A stretch of 64,000 bases of DNA. Origin: Azolla caroliniana. Taxonomy: Eukaryota > Plantae > Polypodiophyta. Shown piece after piece: positions 51,036 to 63,947 of this stretch. The stretch lies in assembly GCA_043228905.1 (NCBI GenBank), contig JBHGNT010000009.1:9858001-9922000 (forward strand). The letters are read 5' to 3'. Every line of letters begins with the position of its first letter. Position 1 is the first letter of the stretch. The translations under genes and the position numbers were made by a program. Below the pieces are notes generated by a model. The model saw nothing but the letters and a program-made list of their open reading frames with translations. It was not told the origin of the DNA and made no database searches.

Positions 51036-54000
51036 TGTCGCGTTGCTACGCGCGTGCATGTAGAAGGGGCGGGACAACGGGGGTCTTGGACTGAGGAGAG
51101 AGAGAGAGAGAGCGAGATTCACAGACACGCAGATGCGAGAAGGAGAGATATAGAACGGAACACTTGATTACAACAACAAGAGATTACAAACTCCGACGGT
51201 TACAACCGGCAAGGCAGCGATGGGCCCGACACGGGGACCCTACTCACGCACACAGACGGAACACACTGGACCCAGAGAAACACAAAAGGAAAAGCCTCTG
51301 TTGGCAACGCACAGGCTACCGACGAAGCAAAGGCGTCGAACTCCCCGCACCCACAGAGAATGACAGTCGGAGGAGGAGAGAGAATTCCGCCCTCGGTCCT
51401 GCAGCACTTCGTCCTCCTTAACGCGCGATCCCCACTCTTCCTTCTCTCCTCTCCTTAAGTCAATCCCAAAAGGGGGTGCCCCTTTTCCCCTAGTCAAATC
51501 GCTTTATTCCCTGTCCCTTCTGACAGAGATACGCACAATCCCTCTAATAATTGTGTACTACTTAGTATTTACGTCAGCCGATCCATTTATGAATCATGTA
51601 CAAAATATCAAAATATCAATTCACGCGTCCATCCGTGTAAGAGCCGATCCATGCGCCCTTTTCTCCGATTCCGCCTATGGCCGGTTTTCTTCACGACATC
51701 CGCCAGCATGCGCCAGAGACAGGTAGATACCGAAGAAAATCGGCTTCAGTCGGCGCTCTCTGATTCTTTGTCGGGCCCGAACTGATCGTTGTCGTCACTC
51801 TCGTCCACGCCCTCTGGGTCCGGCTCGTCCTCGAACCGCTTCTTGAACGCTTTGATCCACTTCCCGGCCACCGGTACTGCTAGCCGTGTCCCATCAAGTT
51901 CCGCGAGGTGGTACACGCCATTGTTGTTCGCGCTCATCACCGTGTAGGGCCCGAACCATCTCCTCTCAAACTTTCGCACCGCCTTATGCTGATTGTCGAG
52001 GCTGCTGTCATACACCAAGACCCAATCGCCCTCCTCGATCTTCTTTGGTCGCAACCGGTGCGTCTGGTTGAACCGGGTCTTGTTCTATTCCCTTGCCGCC
52101 CGTAGCTTTTCTTTTGCCCGTTTCATGTCCTCCGGCCTCCGCTCGAGATGCTGAATCCGCGCCGCCAGCAACTCCTCCCGGCTCATCTCGTCCTTCCAAT
52201 CTACAGCCGCCCACGAAGAAACCGTCCATTCCACCGGCATGATCGGCTTCTGTCCATACATCAGCTCTGCCGGCATAAACCCTGTTACCGAACTGTGCGT
52301 AGTTCGGTCCACCCATAGTGCGTAAGAAAGGAGTCGCGGCCAATTCCCGACCTGCCCTCCGCATGCACGCACAAACGCCTTTATGATCAGCCCATGCCCA
52401 CGTTTTACCTTTCCGTTCGCCTCTGGATTGTACGCCGTAGTGAGGGAGATTTTGACCCCTAGCCGTTCGAACAGCTCCTCAGCCTCCCTCGCATCTAGCT
52501 CTCCCCGGTCCGCCACGATCCTCCCGACGCACCCGTACCGACACACTACCTCTTCGATCAAGAACCGGCATACCGCCACGGTTGTCTTGTTCTACAGTGT
52601 GCGGCCTTCCACCTGGTTCGTTAAGTCTTCCCGCGCAAGCACCAGGTATCGCATCTGTCCTACTCCCATCGGCATCATCACCAAGTCCACCATCCACTTG
52701 AAATGGACCGTAGGTGGATAAGTCGGGTGTAGCTCGTCCCGATGTCGGACTACGGAGTGCATCTGACAGCTTTCACAAGTCGTTACGAACTGATGCACGT
52801 CCCGGTACAGCCCCGGCCACCAGTACTTCTCCTTCAGCTTCTCGAACGTGGCCCACGTTCCGCGGTGTCCGGCCTAGGGACTCTCGTGAAATGCCGTCAG
52901 TAGTTTCCCATGTTCTTCTTTCTTTGCCACTACTCGGAGTGGGATGTCGTTTCTCTTCTTTGGGTGCCTCCATATGCACCCGTCCCGCAGAAAGAATAGT
53001 TATGCCTTCTTTCGTACCTGGCTTGCCTCCTCTCTCGTCCATGCTGCGTCCGGCGTCATCGTCCCTAGGAACCTCCCGATTTGGAGCCACTCCCCGTTGT
53101 ACCTGCTTTCGTAAAATTCGTTAAGCGCCAGAGTGTCCCTTTTCCTCGTCGTTACGTTAGCCGACCCGAAGAAATCCTCGCCGACTTCTTCGTCATCTGA
53201 AACCATGCCGTCTTCGTCGCTGAACCTTGCCCTCGAAAGCATGTCGGCCATGGCGTTGTCTTTTCCGGAGATGTGCAGTATCTCCGGGTTCAGGGACTTA
53301 ATGTACGGTATCCACCGGGTTGCTAGGTCCGGCGTCACGCATCCGGAAACCATGCCGAGTATCGACAGGCAGTCCGTCTCGATGATCACCTCCATCCCAA
53401 TCACATAGTCCTTGTCGGCCTTGACTGCCGAAACAATACCCCAAATCTCGCGCTTACCTTCGCCCCGAACCGGATCGGGAATCGTACGCCGTCCTTGTCC
53501 TCCTGACTGATTACCCACCCGATCCCAGTCGGGCTCGTGTCCACCGTCACGCAGATGGGAACACCCTTGCCATAAACCGCTTTACGGAGGGCCAACGCTA
53601 CCATAAGCGCCTCCTTTAGTCTCCGGACCGACTCTGTGTGCTACGCCCTCCACTCGAACCCACACCCTTTCTTCAATAGCCCGTAGAGAGGCTCCACAAC
53701 ATGCGTGTAGTGCGGAATCCAGATGTGGTAGAACGCGGATGCTCCCAAGAATCTGTGGACCTCCGTGACCTCCCTCATCGCTGAGAAGGCCTCCACCTTT
53801 GCCGGAAACGGTTTCCTACCGTAGGGCCCGCATAGGTGTCCGACCACCAAGATCTCCGACTGCCCGAACGCCGATTTTTCTCCGAAGAAGGTGAGTCGTA
53901 CGTTTTCGAGCTTCTGCAGCACCTTCTCGCAGTCGTTGATGTGGTTCACGACAAACCTCCGGCATCCGTCTAGCCCGACAATCTCGTCCGCGTCATCCAC

Positions 54001-57000
54001 CGGACACCCCTTTATCAGGATGTCATCCAAGAATGGCATGGTGATGTCCGGGATGCAGTCTCTGAGCACCTTGTTCATTGCGTTCACCATATGCGCCACC
54101 GAATTTGTCCCTCCTTGTGGTAGGGTACACATTCGTACCAGGCCGAGAGGAGTTCGCATCGTCGTGATATCCCTGCTCTCCACAGCTAGCTGGAACTGGT
54201 CGTACCCCGAGTATAAGTCACCGACCGAATAGATCGACCTTCCAGCGAAGGCCTCCGCGAACTCGTCTATGGTCGATCTAATTCCTACATTACGGATGGT
54301 CACCCTGTTGACCGGTTGCAGGTCCTGAATGAAGCACAATGTGTTGTTCTTCTTCGGCACCGTAAACCACCGATTCGAATACGGGGCACTCGACGGTTCG
54401 AGGATGCCCATCTCCACCTTCTACTTCACAAGCTCCATCAACTTCGGGATGTGAGCTCTCGGCACAGGAATCGGTTTGAGATTCCACAGTACATGCGGTA
54501 CCGTGAAGATCACCATCGATTCAACGATCATCGGGTCCACGCACCCGATCTCCTCCGCCGAGAACGCGAAGGCTTTCCCATGCCTTCCAAGCATTCTCCG
54601 AAACTTGTCCTCCTCCGCCTGCAGTAGAAAGCCACCCCCACCAACCTTGAGCTCCCGTAGTGTTATGTCGGTGAACCGGTGCCCTATGCCAGCCGAATTC
54701 CGTAAACTGGGGTCCGACGCGACCCCTTTTATCCGCTCCTCGCTACCCTCCGGCAAGGGTGCCGGACCGGCCTCACCTTCCGGTCCACAGTCTTGTACTT
54801 TGTATCCACGCTGGCCGTCCAATCTGACCCGATCCTTTCCCCGAAGTCCGCGATGACTTCGTACATTCCCATCAAACCTACCGGAACGGTTCGGTCTTCT
54901 CTAAGGTCTTCACCTATCACCTTTCGCAACTCGCCCAAGGTGTCGTCAAAAGAGACCGCCTCCACAGAACCGCTGATGTCTTTGTCGGGGAAGAGGACTC
55001 CGCATCCCCTGAGCCGCTCCTCCGCTCGCTTCCTTTCCCGGCCGTTGACACCGGCCATAGTACAACCTCCGTTGTTGAAGAACCAAAAATTCCTACCTAT
55101 GGTACATGTCTTCTTCCGTACTGTACATTTGTGGGGTTTTTTCCGGGTGTCCGGACTATTGCGGCCCCACGCCTTGATAGCCCTCTTTAAAAATCCCCTC
55201 GGGTTTCGCCGCCGAGGGCCTCGCGGTTACGCTCATGGTTTGGTCGCACCGTCAGGAACTGGACCAAGTGACGCCTGTCCTGGCTCTTGACTCTTGCATA
55301 GGCCGAACCGTTGTCCAGCACCTTGGTCTCCATCCGTGCCGCCGTGATGTACGGCTCTTCTAGTATAATCGGATGCGAGGATGTCTCCTGCACGAAGAAG
55401 TGTTGGTCGATCTCGACATCGCTGATTTTCACCTGTACGTTTGGACAGGCTCCATGTAGTTCTTCCGTGGCACGCGTCGCTGCCCGTATTTTCCAGCCAT
55501 GCTTCGTGTTGATCGGCCATTTACCCTTCTTGTAGAAATCCATGGACATCAGGTTGATTTCGGATCCATGGTCTACCAACGCCACCACCGGTTCCGGAAC
55601 GTTGCCGATCCGTACAGGGGTTTCCGTAGTTGCCCTGGCCCAATGCGGCTTCGTGTAGTGGCTTTCCACCAACTCTTCTTCTAGGGCCGCGTCTTCCAAG
55701 TGCGTGGTCCGCACCTCCACCGACTTCTCTGGTTCCGGCTCCATCGAGAGCCTCTTCCACTTCACCAAGTCTACGACGGAGTTGTGGAACTCCCTCTTGG
55801 CGATTCCCAGCACCTCCCGCAACGACAGCTCCACTTTACTGTCGAGGATACGTTCTTCCAGGACCTTTCGCAGGTCTGTGGTCCTTTCGATTTCGGTGCT
55901 CAACCGAAACCCCGCCTGCTTCTTTCCGGCCGGCGCGCCTGGGCTGCCGGCACTGGTCGGTTTCGGTCCGAACCGGGTCTCATACCTCTGTGGGGGACCG
56001 ACCCCTCCAGCCTTTCCTGCTCGTTTGTCCTCCACTAGAACCTCATAGTTCTGGCAAGCGGCTTCTACGAAGCCCGTTTTCTCTTCGACCGGATCATCCC
56101 AACCGGTGACCTCCTGAACCCTTTGCTCCGCGCGATCCGCCTCTTCCTTCTTCAGCCGAACTCCAGAGAGGCCTTCTAGCACTAGCGGCCAGAATCCAGA
56201 GTCCTTCGCCTTCCGGGTCTCATCACCCCCAACCCGAATTCCCGCCGACATTGAGTAGTTAACGGCTTCAACGTGCGGTGTCACGGCCTCTTCCATCAAC
56301 CTCTTCATTCCGCCGCACCCCATATTTAGTTCTTGGGCTCTCCGGGTCTCGCTCGGGTGCACCCGCCCGTTCCAGAGGTACACCACGTGTGTCCTGAGCA
56401 CGTTGGCGAAATCCGTGCAGTCCTTCCGAATGTGACCGATCACATCACACCACATGCACCGCTGCCCAGCCGGCGGCCTCCGGTCGCGAGGTTGTTCGCC
56501 GCTGTCTCACCGGGCCTGTGCAATCTGCAGGTCGCTCACCATCTGTGTCAGCTCCTCCAAAGCCGCTCCTCCGGATGGGCCTCTGACCATGTCCTTCAAT
56601 GCCGACCCGACTCTGGCCAGATTCGGGTCTCTTCCTACCTACCGGTCGGCACCAATACCGGCTCCTCGAGCCTCCTCCCCGGGACCGGCCCTGACCCCGA
56701 CGAGCTTCCGTCGCTCCAATCGCGTCGTTTGTCGAAACGGCTGCAGACCCATTTTACCACGGCCCAGTCTGCCGTGAGCCCTTCTTCCGTTTCTAATAGG
56801 GGACCCACCTTTTCCCTGTCGAGTGCGTCCACCGACTTGATAAACAGTAGTACTCGACTCATTTCAAGCACCGTCCGGTCCAGCGTCGACAGCCGCGTGA
56901 ACCATTTTTCAAACTCCTGGAGGAGCACCGACGTGTTCCTCCCTTTTCCAGGGCTTTCCACCCATGCCATGAAGTTCCACCTCGACAGCCGAAGCGAGTC

Positions 57001-57422
57001 GTCAAACCCGTACTTCTCGAAGAGCTGCAGCTCGAACTCCTCCCAAGTCTAGCATCCGGCCAGCACCTCGAGCACCTCCACGTGGATGCCCAGTGTCACC
57101 ACTCGAGGGAATCCGGACAGCCGCCTGTCCACCGGGATATCCCTCATGATCATTTCAGCCCTGTAAGCCTCCAAATAACTGGTGTTGTCTTTCCCTCCGA
57201 GCCGGCCTATAGAGCCGACGATCGATTCAATGGCTCTGTCGAGGGTACCTATCCCCTCACGCGCGCTTCCCAGTCGGTCGACGGCTACTGCCATTGCCTC
57301 TGCTAGCTCCGATCCCCTCATCTTTCGACTCCTTTGCCGCCCGTTCACGTTGGGTTCGCCAAATATGTCGCATTGTTACGCACATGTGTGTAGAAGGGGC
57401 GGGACCACGGGGGTCTTGGACC

Positions 57423-57471
<49 letters not shown>

Positions 57472-58050
57472 CATAGACACGCAGAAGCGAGAAGGAGAGA
57501 TATAGAACGGAACACTTTATTACAATAACAAGAGATTACAAACTCCAACGGTTACAACCGGCAAGGCAGCGATGGGCCCGACACGGGTACCCTACTCACG
57601 CACACAGACGGAACACACCGAACCCAGAGAAACGCAAAAGGAAAAGCCTTTGTTGGCAGCGCACGGGCTACCCACGAAGCAGAGGCGTCAAACTCCCCGC
57701 ACCCACAGAGAATGACGATTGGAGGAGGAGAGAGAGTTCCGCCCTCGGTCCTGCGGCACTTCGTCCTCCTTAACGTGCGATCCCCACTCTTCCTTCTCTC
57801 CTCTCCTTAAGTAGTTCCCAAAAGGAGGTGCCCCTTTTCCCCTAGTCAAATTGCTTTATTCCCTATCCCTTCTGACAGAGATACGCACAACCCCCCTAAT
57901 AACTGTGTACTACTTAGTATTTACATCAGCCGATCCATTTATGAATCATGTACAAAATATCAAAATATCAATTCACGCGTCCATCCGTGTAAGAGCCAGT
58001 CCATGCGCCCTTTTCTCCGATTCCACCTATGGCCGGTTTTCTTCACGACA
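51036..58050 (-). mobile_element. Gypsy G: full-length, degenerate non-chromoviral Ty3/gypsy (Phygy-like), tRNA-Trp primed
   Basis: LTRs 51036-51698 and 57366-58050, Trp-type PBS 57344-57361, 4-bp flanks CCGG/CCGA. Protease LVDHGSEINL, RT LPQG/FLDD, integrase ADRGELD. Several premature stops and frameshifts. Confidence 0.94.
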
Positions 58051-58876
58051 CCGATTCAGTTCGGGGACAAGAGACCGGACAAAATCGATGCCACGATATG
58101 GGAGGTGATGCACATGAAAACAACGGCATACATACGGTGCTTCATCGACATGAGTCTATACAAGAACTTCAATGAAGAGAGCAAGGCTCATGAGCTCTGG
58201 GAGAAGATCGGTATTATGTTTCAAAACAAAAATGTTGTTAATCAGGTTTCGGTATTTCGGAAGCTAGTAAGACTCTGGTACCAAGATGGCTCCAACATGG
58301 CAGAGCACATGAATGCCTTCTAGGGGCTGATCCACCAGGCAACATCATTGGAAGTACCTCTCGCCGACAAGGTACTAGCACTACTCCTGCTCGGTTCCCT
58401 CCCAGATAGCTGGGAGATGTTGGTTGTCACTTTGGGCAACGCTAGGCCAGAAGGGAAACGATTATCCCTTGCAAGAGTGAAGTGGAGCTTGCTAGATGAG
58501 GAGGCGAGCTCCGACTCCAAAGCGCTCCTTACCGAATCGGAACACGGAAGACAAATGAACCATAGTCCCCAGAACCGGGAGAAGTCGGGGACACGGTCAA
58601 AGTCAAGGGGGAGGCCTACCTACTTCTATTGCGGCAAGCCGGGACACTTCCAGAAAAACTGTCGGCACTTCCGAAAGGACAAGGAAACTGACGGCACTGA
58701 TTTGAAGCGAACACTGGATCGAAACGGTAAAGACTGGAGGGGGCCAAACCGAAAGGGAACGACGGCAATCGCGGCAAGTGAAGAAGAGTTTATGCTCATC
58801 ACCGAGGAGAGTGAGCTAAACCTTGATGGCGATGAGATGACCTGGGTGGTCGACTCCGGAGCGTCGTTCCACCTTA

Positions 58877-58908
58877 AACACCGGGTCATTTGAAACAGGT
58901 AATATGTC
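58877..58908 (+). repeat. Left terminal inverted repeat (32 bp)
   Basis: Exact reverse complement of 63948-63979. Confidence 0.98.
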
Positions 58909-59203
58909 GCATTATGAGAACACTACGTCGAAAAAGGGCACAAAAGCACGCAGTTTTCAAAAAGTCACGACGCATGCGTAAAGCTTTTCAGAAAAGGTGG
59001 CAACATATATTGAATTTCAACATGACTACCACTTTGAGGCATAAGTAAAATGCCTCCAAAAATACATCACCAAAATTACAAAATAATGTACAACATGTCT
59101 ACCAGTTACAATTATACATATTCGTGAGTTTACATCCAAAACAAATTTACAAAGTTTCCGATCATGTAGTAAAACAATCCCCAGCTTGAACCAAACCAAT
59201 ATA

Positions 59204-60520
59204 TTAAGACATGTCTGATGGACTAGAAGAGCATTCTGACATCTCATCCTCATCATCAGTGGCAATCAAAGCATTATCCTCATCCAATTCCAACCCAACA
59301 TCTTTGTGGTTATGAGAATTGCTTCTGGTTATTCTCTGTATTTCGTTTGACACCATGTTTGGGATTTTCTCCTTTATTATCTTGATAGTTGCTTGTCTTA
59401 GATGACCTGATTTTGTCAATGAGAAGTCATATACTAGTATGTCAACACGGTCTAGTGCGAGAGTAGCCGTGCTCGGTATATTCTTTCTTCTTCTCTTTCT
59501 GCTTGAACATCCGACATCCTTAACCATCTCTAAAGAATACTTTCCTGTAAATGCATCAGGTGAATTTGTCTGATACCAGTGGACTACTATTGACTTTGTC
59601 TGACTACTTTCTTCATCCCTTACTAATTCAATAATTTTTGCAATCCAAAATGGATGGCCCAAGGTATCGTCCCCTGCTAATGTTGCAACCAACATTCCCA
59701 CTTGTAGTTCTTGCAAATTACCTTGCCATCTTGCCTCAACAGTACGTGACTTTCTTGGTCCCACATAAATATCTCTTTGCAGTGGCCGAACTAAATCATG
59801 AAGCTCCATATTATTCAATTGTTGGTGATGAGTCTGCGATATCGTTGATGTCATCCCAATGTTCCATGTGAATGGGATACGGATTGGCCATAAACCGGCG
59901 ATGTAATTATCTAAAATGGTGCGTTGATGGGTGAAGAAAATCTCCCACCATTCAACATCCTCATCACCGGCATACTTCTTAGTCCGATCAATATTATTTT
60001 GTTTCTCTGCTAGACATCTCAACCAATATGCCCTTTGTTCATCAATAGTACTATTTGGTGCTACATTTTTACGATCATCATATGGCATTTGTTGTGCACC
60101 ATGTAGAGGTTCATCTGGGATATGAAGAAGGAGCCTACAACCTTCTTGGGGCTCCCATTGTGCACTAGATGAGTATTGTTTCACAAACAACACCGTCATC
60201 TTCAGGTGGGCCGATCTTTGTTTTATGAGGAAAACATGGTTGAAACTTATATTATTAAGAGGTGCAAGCACCCTACCTTTAGTCCCGTAACTATCCATGC
60301 AGAAACGTTTAAAGTCGTATACTTCTTCCAAGTGTTGTACTTCAGGCTTTGGTGTATATGCTTCACTAATCAATTTGAATAGCGTGGGAAGTGTGAAAGC
60401 ATTACAGCGAGCAAGTTTCTTTGAGAACCTACTAAACATTTGATCTATGTGATCATGGGTATGACCAACCAACAAGAAGTTAACCTTTATCTTTTTAAAT
60501 ATGCCCCTCTCTACTAGCTC
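59204..60520 (-). pseudogene. 5'-truncated transposase (DUF7869/Sola-like DDD type), C-terminal ~440 aa still open
   Basis: Contains GIFKKIKVNFLLVGHTHDHIDQMFSRFS, the GHTHxxIDQxF signature around the last catalytic acid. The upstream catalytic (xLDN) region is absent. It lies inside TIRs with a 4-bp TSD. Confidence 0.75.
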
Positions 60521-60543
60521 TTCGGCCGTACGTGACAGGAGAG

Positions 60544-63216
60544 ATGATGACCGGTGAAGCAGAAACTCCACCGAAAAAGTCTAGGAAGACAAATCCTATT
60601 CAAAAGAAATATACTAAACGACCACGACCCAAAGAAGAAGAAGAAGAAATATTAGAGTTCGTGGAAGAAGAAGACGACCAACAAGTCGACGTCGTGGCTC
60701 AAGGCGGACAACTATCTTCTGGTGTCCTGACGTCAAAACAAAATAAAATAAGAGAAAATATTGCGCAGGGGCCAGCTATTTCATTTGCCCATTACTTCTA
60801 TCCAAAGGCCCCCCATTGACCCCGTGACTGGAAGACGTCCCTTGGAAATTAGGGAGCCGCACTCCGTCCATGTGCAAAACCTGAAAAGCAAAATGAAAAT
60901 CAATCCTCACGCTACTGTGGTGCCATTTTTGGTAATGGTTGATCAAGAACAATGCCCAATAGTAGCAGATTTCAAGTATAGCTCTGCAGACGATTACACA
61001 TACTATGTAATCGGAGGATCACATTCGGCCGAAGCTCGACGACAGCTTGTCAAAGAATATCCTCTCACGCCGTTCTTCAAGTACGCCGAATGTAAGGTAT
61101 ATGCAGGACTAACTCACGAGGAGGCGAAGCTGCTTGCATGGGACCATAACAATGACAACGATTATAGGCAAAAGATGTCATGTATAGAGAGGATAAGATT
61201 TTTTCATCATGAATACCTGGATGCCTTGAATCGTTTTGGTCCAAGATTGTGGCCTGGATTGCGACGCCAGTGTTTATTGGAAGTAGGGATTGCAGTGGAT
61301 GTGAGTACCAAATCCGAAGGTCTCCGAAAATATGATTCTTGGTTTCAACTAGCTTTTCGGACCGGAGAGGTGTGGGATCTCCAAGACAAAATATTCTCTA
61401 TGTGGGAGCGGAAAGAAGTCAAGGGGCAAAGATAAAAAAAGGGAAGAATTGATCCACAAGTTGAGATGAAATCAAAGACCAAGGGGAAAAGCGACTTGGT
61501 AATCGAGGAGTTAGCAGAGGACATGAAACTTTTACCTTGGAGATCATTACAAGGTATCAAAGATGATAGATTGTTAATATCCGTGCTATCTCGAGTGGTC
61601 ACCAAGGAATTTAGTTTGGACGAGATGGTAACAGACTTGCAAAAGTAAGTGTTTATAGTATACCTTTTCATGAAAGTCTTCAATTATTTTGAATATCTTA
61701 TTTCTAATTTCATATTGATTGTGCAGTCACAAGGTATACATGAAGATTCAGGAGTTGATGATGCAAAAACTGAGTTTACCGACATGGGAAGAAGTTGAAC
61801 AAGCCTGCCCGATAACTTCTTCCTACAAGGCATTGGAGGAATATTTTATTGTATTTAGAGAATGGGTATGTGTCTTTTGAATGTTGATATGTTAGAAACT
61901 AATGTTCCCTGCTAACAACAATGACACTTGCAAAAACCATCAAAATCGAAAAAGAACAACGACAATAATGACGGTATTCTAGCGGCCTTCATCACGCACT
62001 TAGAACGTGTGAAATATGAGAAGAGAATGACCAAAGGGAAGGAAATGGAACTGCCCGAGGATTCGGAGACTGTAAAGAGTTTTTTGCATAGGTCCGATCC
62101 TTTCAAACAGCTTCATTATAGTGTTTTCAATGGCGAAGTATCCCAGATGCTCGAACTGTTACCAAAAAGGCACTACACTTTGTTGATAGCTGACATACCA
62201 TATGGTTTCCGTATTGCGGGATCAACATATGATGATGTGCCTTTCAAGTACCCTCAGATCGAGAAAATGGTAAAGGATTTCGCAGAACTGACATTGGCCC
62301 CCTTGTGGAGGATAGTCATATTTCATAGCATGGGGCAATCACTATCAGTCACAACAGCTTTGAAGTCCCGTTGTCATGCCACTGAACACATGCATTGGTG
62401 CGTTATAGTTCGCTTTTACTCATTACAGTACTTCTTATTATATGTACACATTTACACCTCTAATACTTGATTTTCTTTCTCTATAGGATCAAAACAAATA
62501 TTGCACGTAGCCCTGGCGATCGAATGGTTAGTGCGGTCGAACATTTTTGTGTGGGCTACTATGATTCAATTACAAAGAAGAAGGCTAGAGCACATGTCAA
62601 TGAGCGTAACGTGGTTAACTACATCATGTGCCCAGCTGTAACCAAAAAATTAAGACATGTGTCAGGGGATAAAAGTATGGTGAACCCTTATCAAAAACCT
62701 CAAAGATTGATCAACCGCCTCATAGAGCTCTTCTTGAATCCAGATGATTGGGTCCTAGACTTGTTCTCTGGCACAGGTATAATATATATATTTAATTTCA
62801 ATCTTGTCGATCAAGTTTAAGACGTTACTTCTTATATATACTTGTTTGTGTTCATGCGACCATTAGGTACAACGACAGCTTGTGCATTGAAGATGTTTAG
62901 AAACTGTGTTGCATTGGAGAAGGACCCTACTCAAGTTAACTTCATCAAAATGAGGATCACAGGAATCTGGGACTGTCCAGATCAGGATCAAGAAGTCGGA
63001 GCAAAACACATCAACGAGACAGAGATGTTCCAGATGACTTCACGAGAACCAATGGAACCAATTGATGAAGAAGCAGGGGAGCTGGTGGACCTGGAAGATG
63101 TAGCACAGTTTGACCATACATCAGATTCGGGAGAGCTTGGAGATGACACGAATGAAAACAGTCTAGAACAATCAGCGCCAGAGGAACCTGCTCTGCCTAA
63201 TTTGCTTATAGATTGA
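60544..63216 (+). pseudogene. Five-exon gene (~780 aa when repaired): NLS/acidic N-terminus, ParB/Srx-like domain, beta-class N6-adenine/N4-cytosine DNA methyltransferase
   Basis: Exons 60544-61644, 61727-61865, 61934-62397, 62487-62776 and 62867-63216. Motifs: YVIGGSHSAEA; LLIADIPYG (motif IV); W|IKTN; NPYQKPQRLINRLIE..WVLDLFSGT|GTT (motifs X/I); ALEKD. Lesions: +1 frameshift in C6 at 60809-60814, in-frame TAA at 61433, and acceptor CAA instead of CAG at 61931-61933. Confidence 0.88.
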
Positions 63217-63947
63217 TGTAGATGGCATAATGTAAAAATTGAGGATTTTGAGGCATAATGTTCACCATCACTTCATATTATATTTGTATATGAGAACATC
63301 TGTAATTGTTTATCGTTTAATTAAATTCACCTGTTCATAATTTCCCTTTTTAATCATTATTGGAACCGTAGTTTGTATTTACATATAATTGGTCACCATG
63401 CTCTTCTTCAGTTTGAGATATTAACATGATATTGTAATTTCTCATTTCCGTTAGCATGACTGTATATGAAAAGGCGAATGTTTTTGATAATAAGAGGTTT
63501 TTAGTTACCTACGGTTCAAGTCTACTGGTTCCACATAGTATAAATGAATGTCGTACGTAATTGTTACTCTTACCAATTACATTGTCATGAACTATATGAC
63601 ATTATACAATGAAACTATCGATATACCCGTCCAACAAGTGGGGTACTACTTTATTCCTAAACCCAAAACCACATATTTATAATTACGGTTTATGTAGTTT
63701 TACTCTACAATTTGAATATGGATACCAATTTTAGAACTTTATATTGAACCAAGTCTTCAATTGTGCTCCATGATATGCAAATTGACACGAATGTGGACAC
63801 ATATACAATTTAGTAATTGCTAGGTTTTTTTTGTTCTATATTTAACCATCAAGTCGCAAAAGGGGTACGCATGCATCGTATATTTTCGATATCAGGATAA
63901 AATAGGGTACTTTTCTACATCTGGCCAACTATGCCAAAAGAGAATAT

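Noticed and set aside
60521-60571. Listed start of the 455-aa ORF as the true transposase N-terminus
   Set aside because: These residues are the antisense of the MTase gene's 5' end. The catalytic N-terminal region is missing, so the ORF start is a junction artefact.
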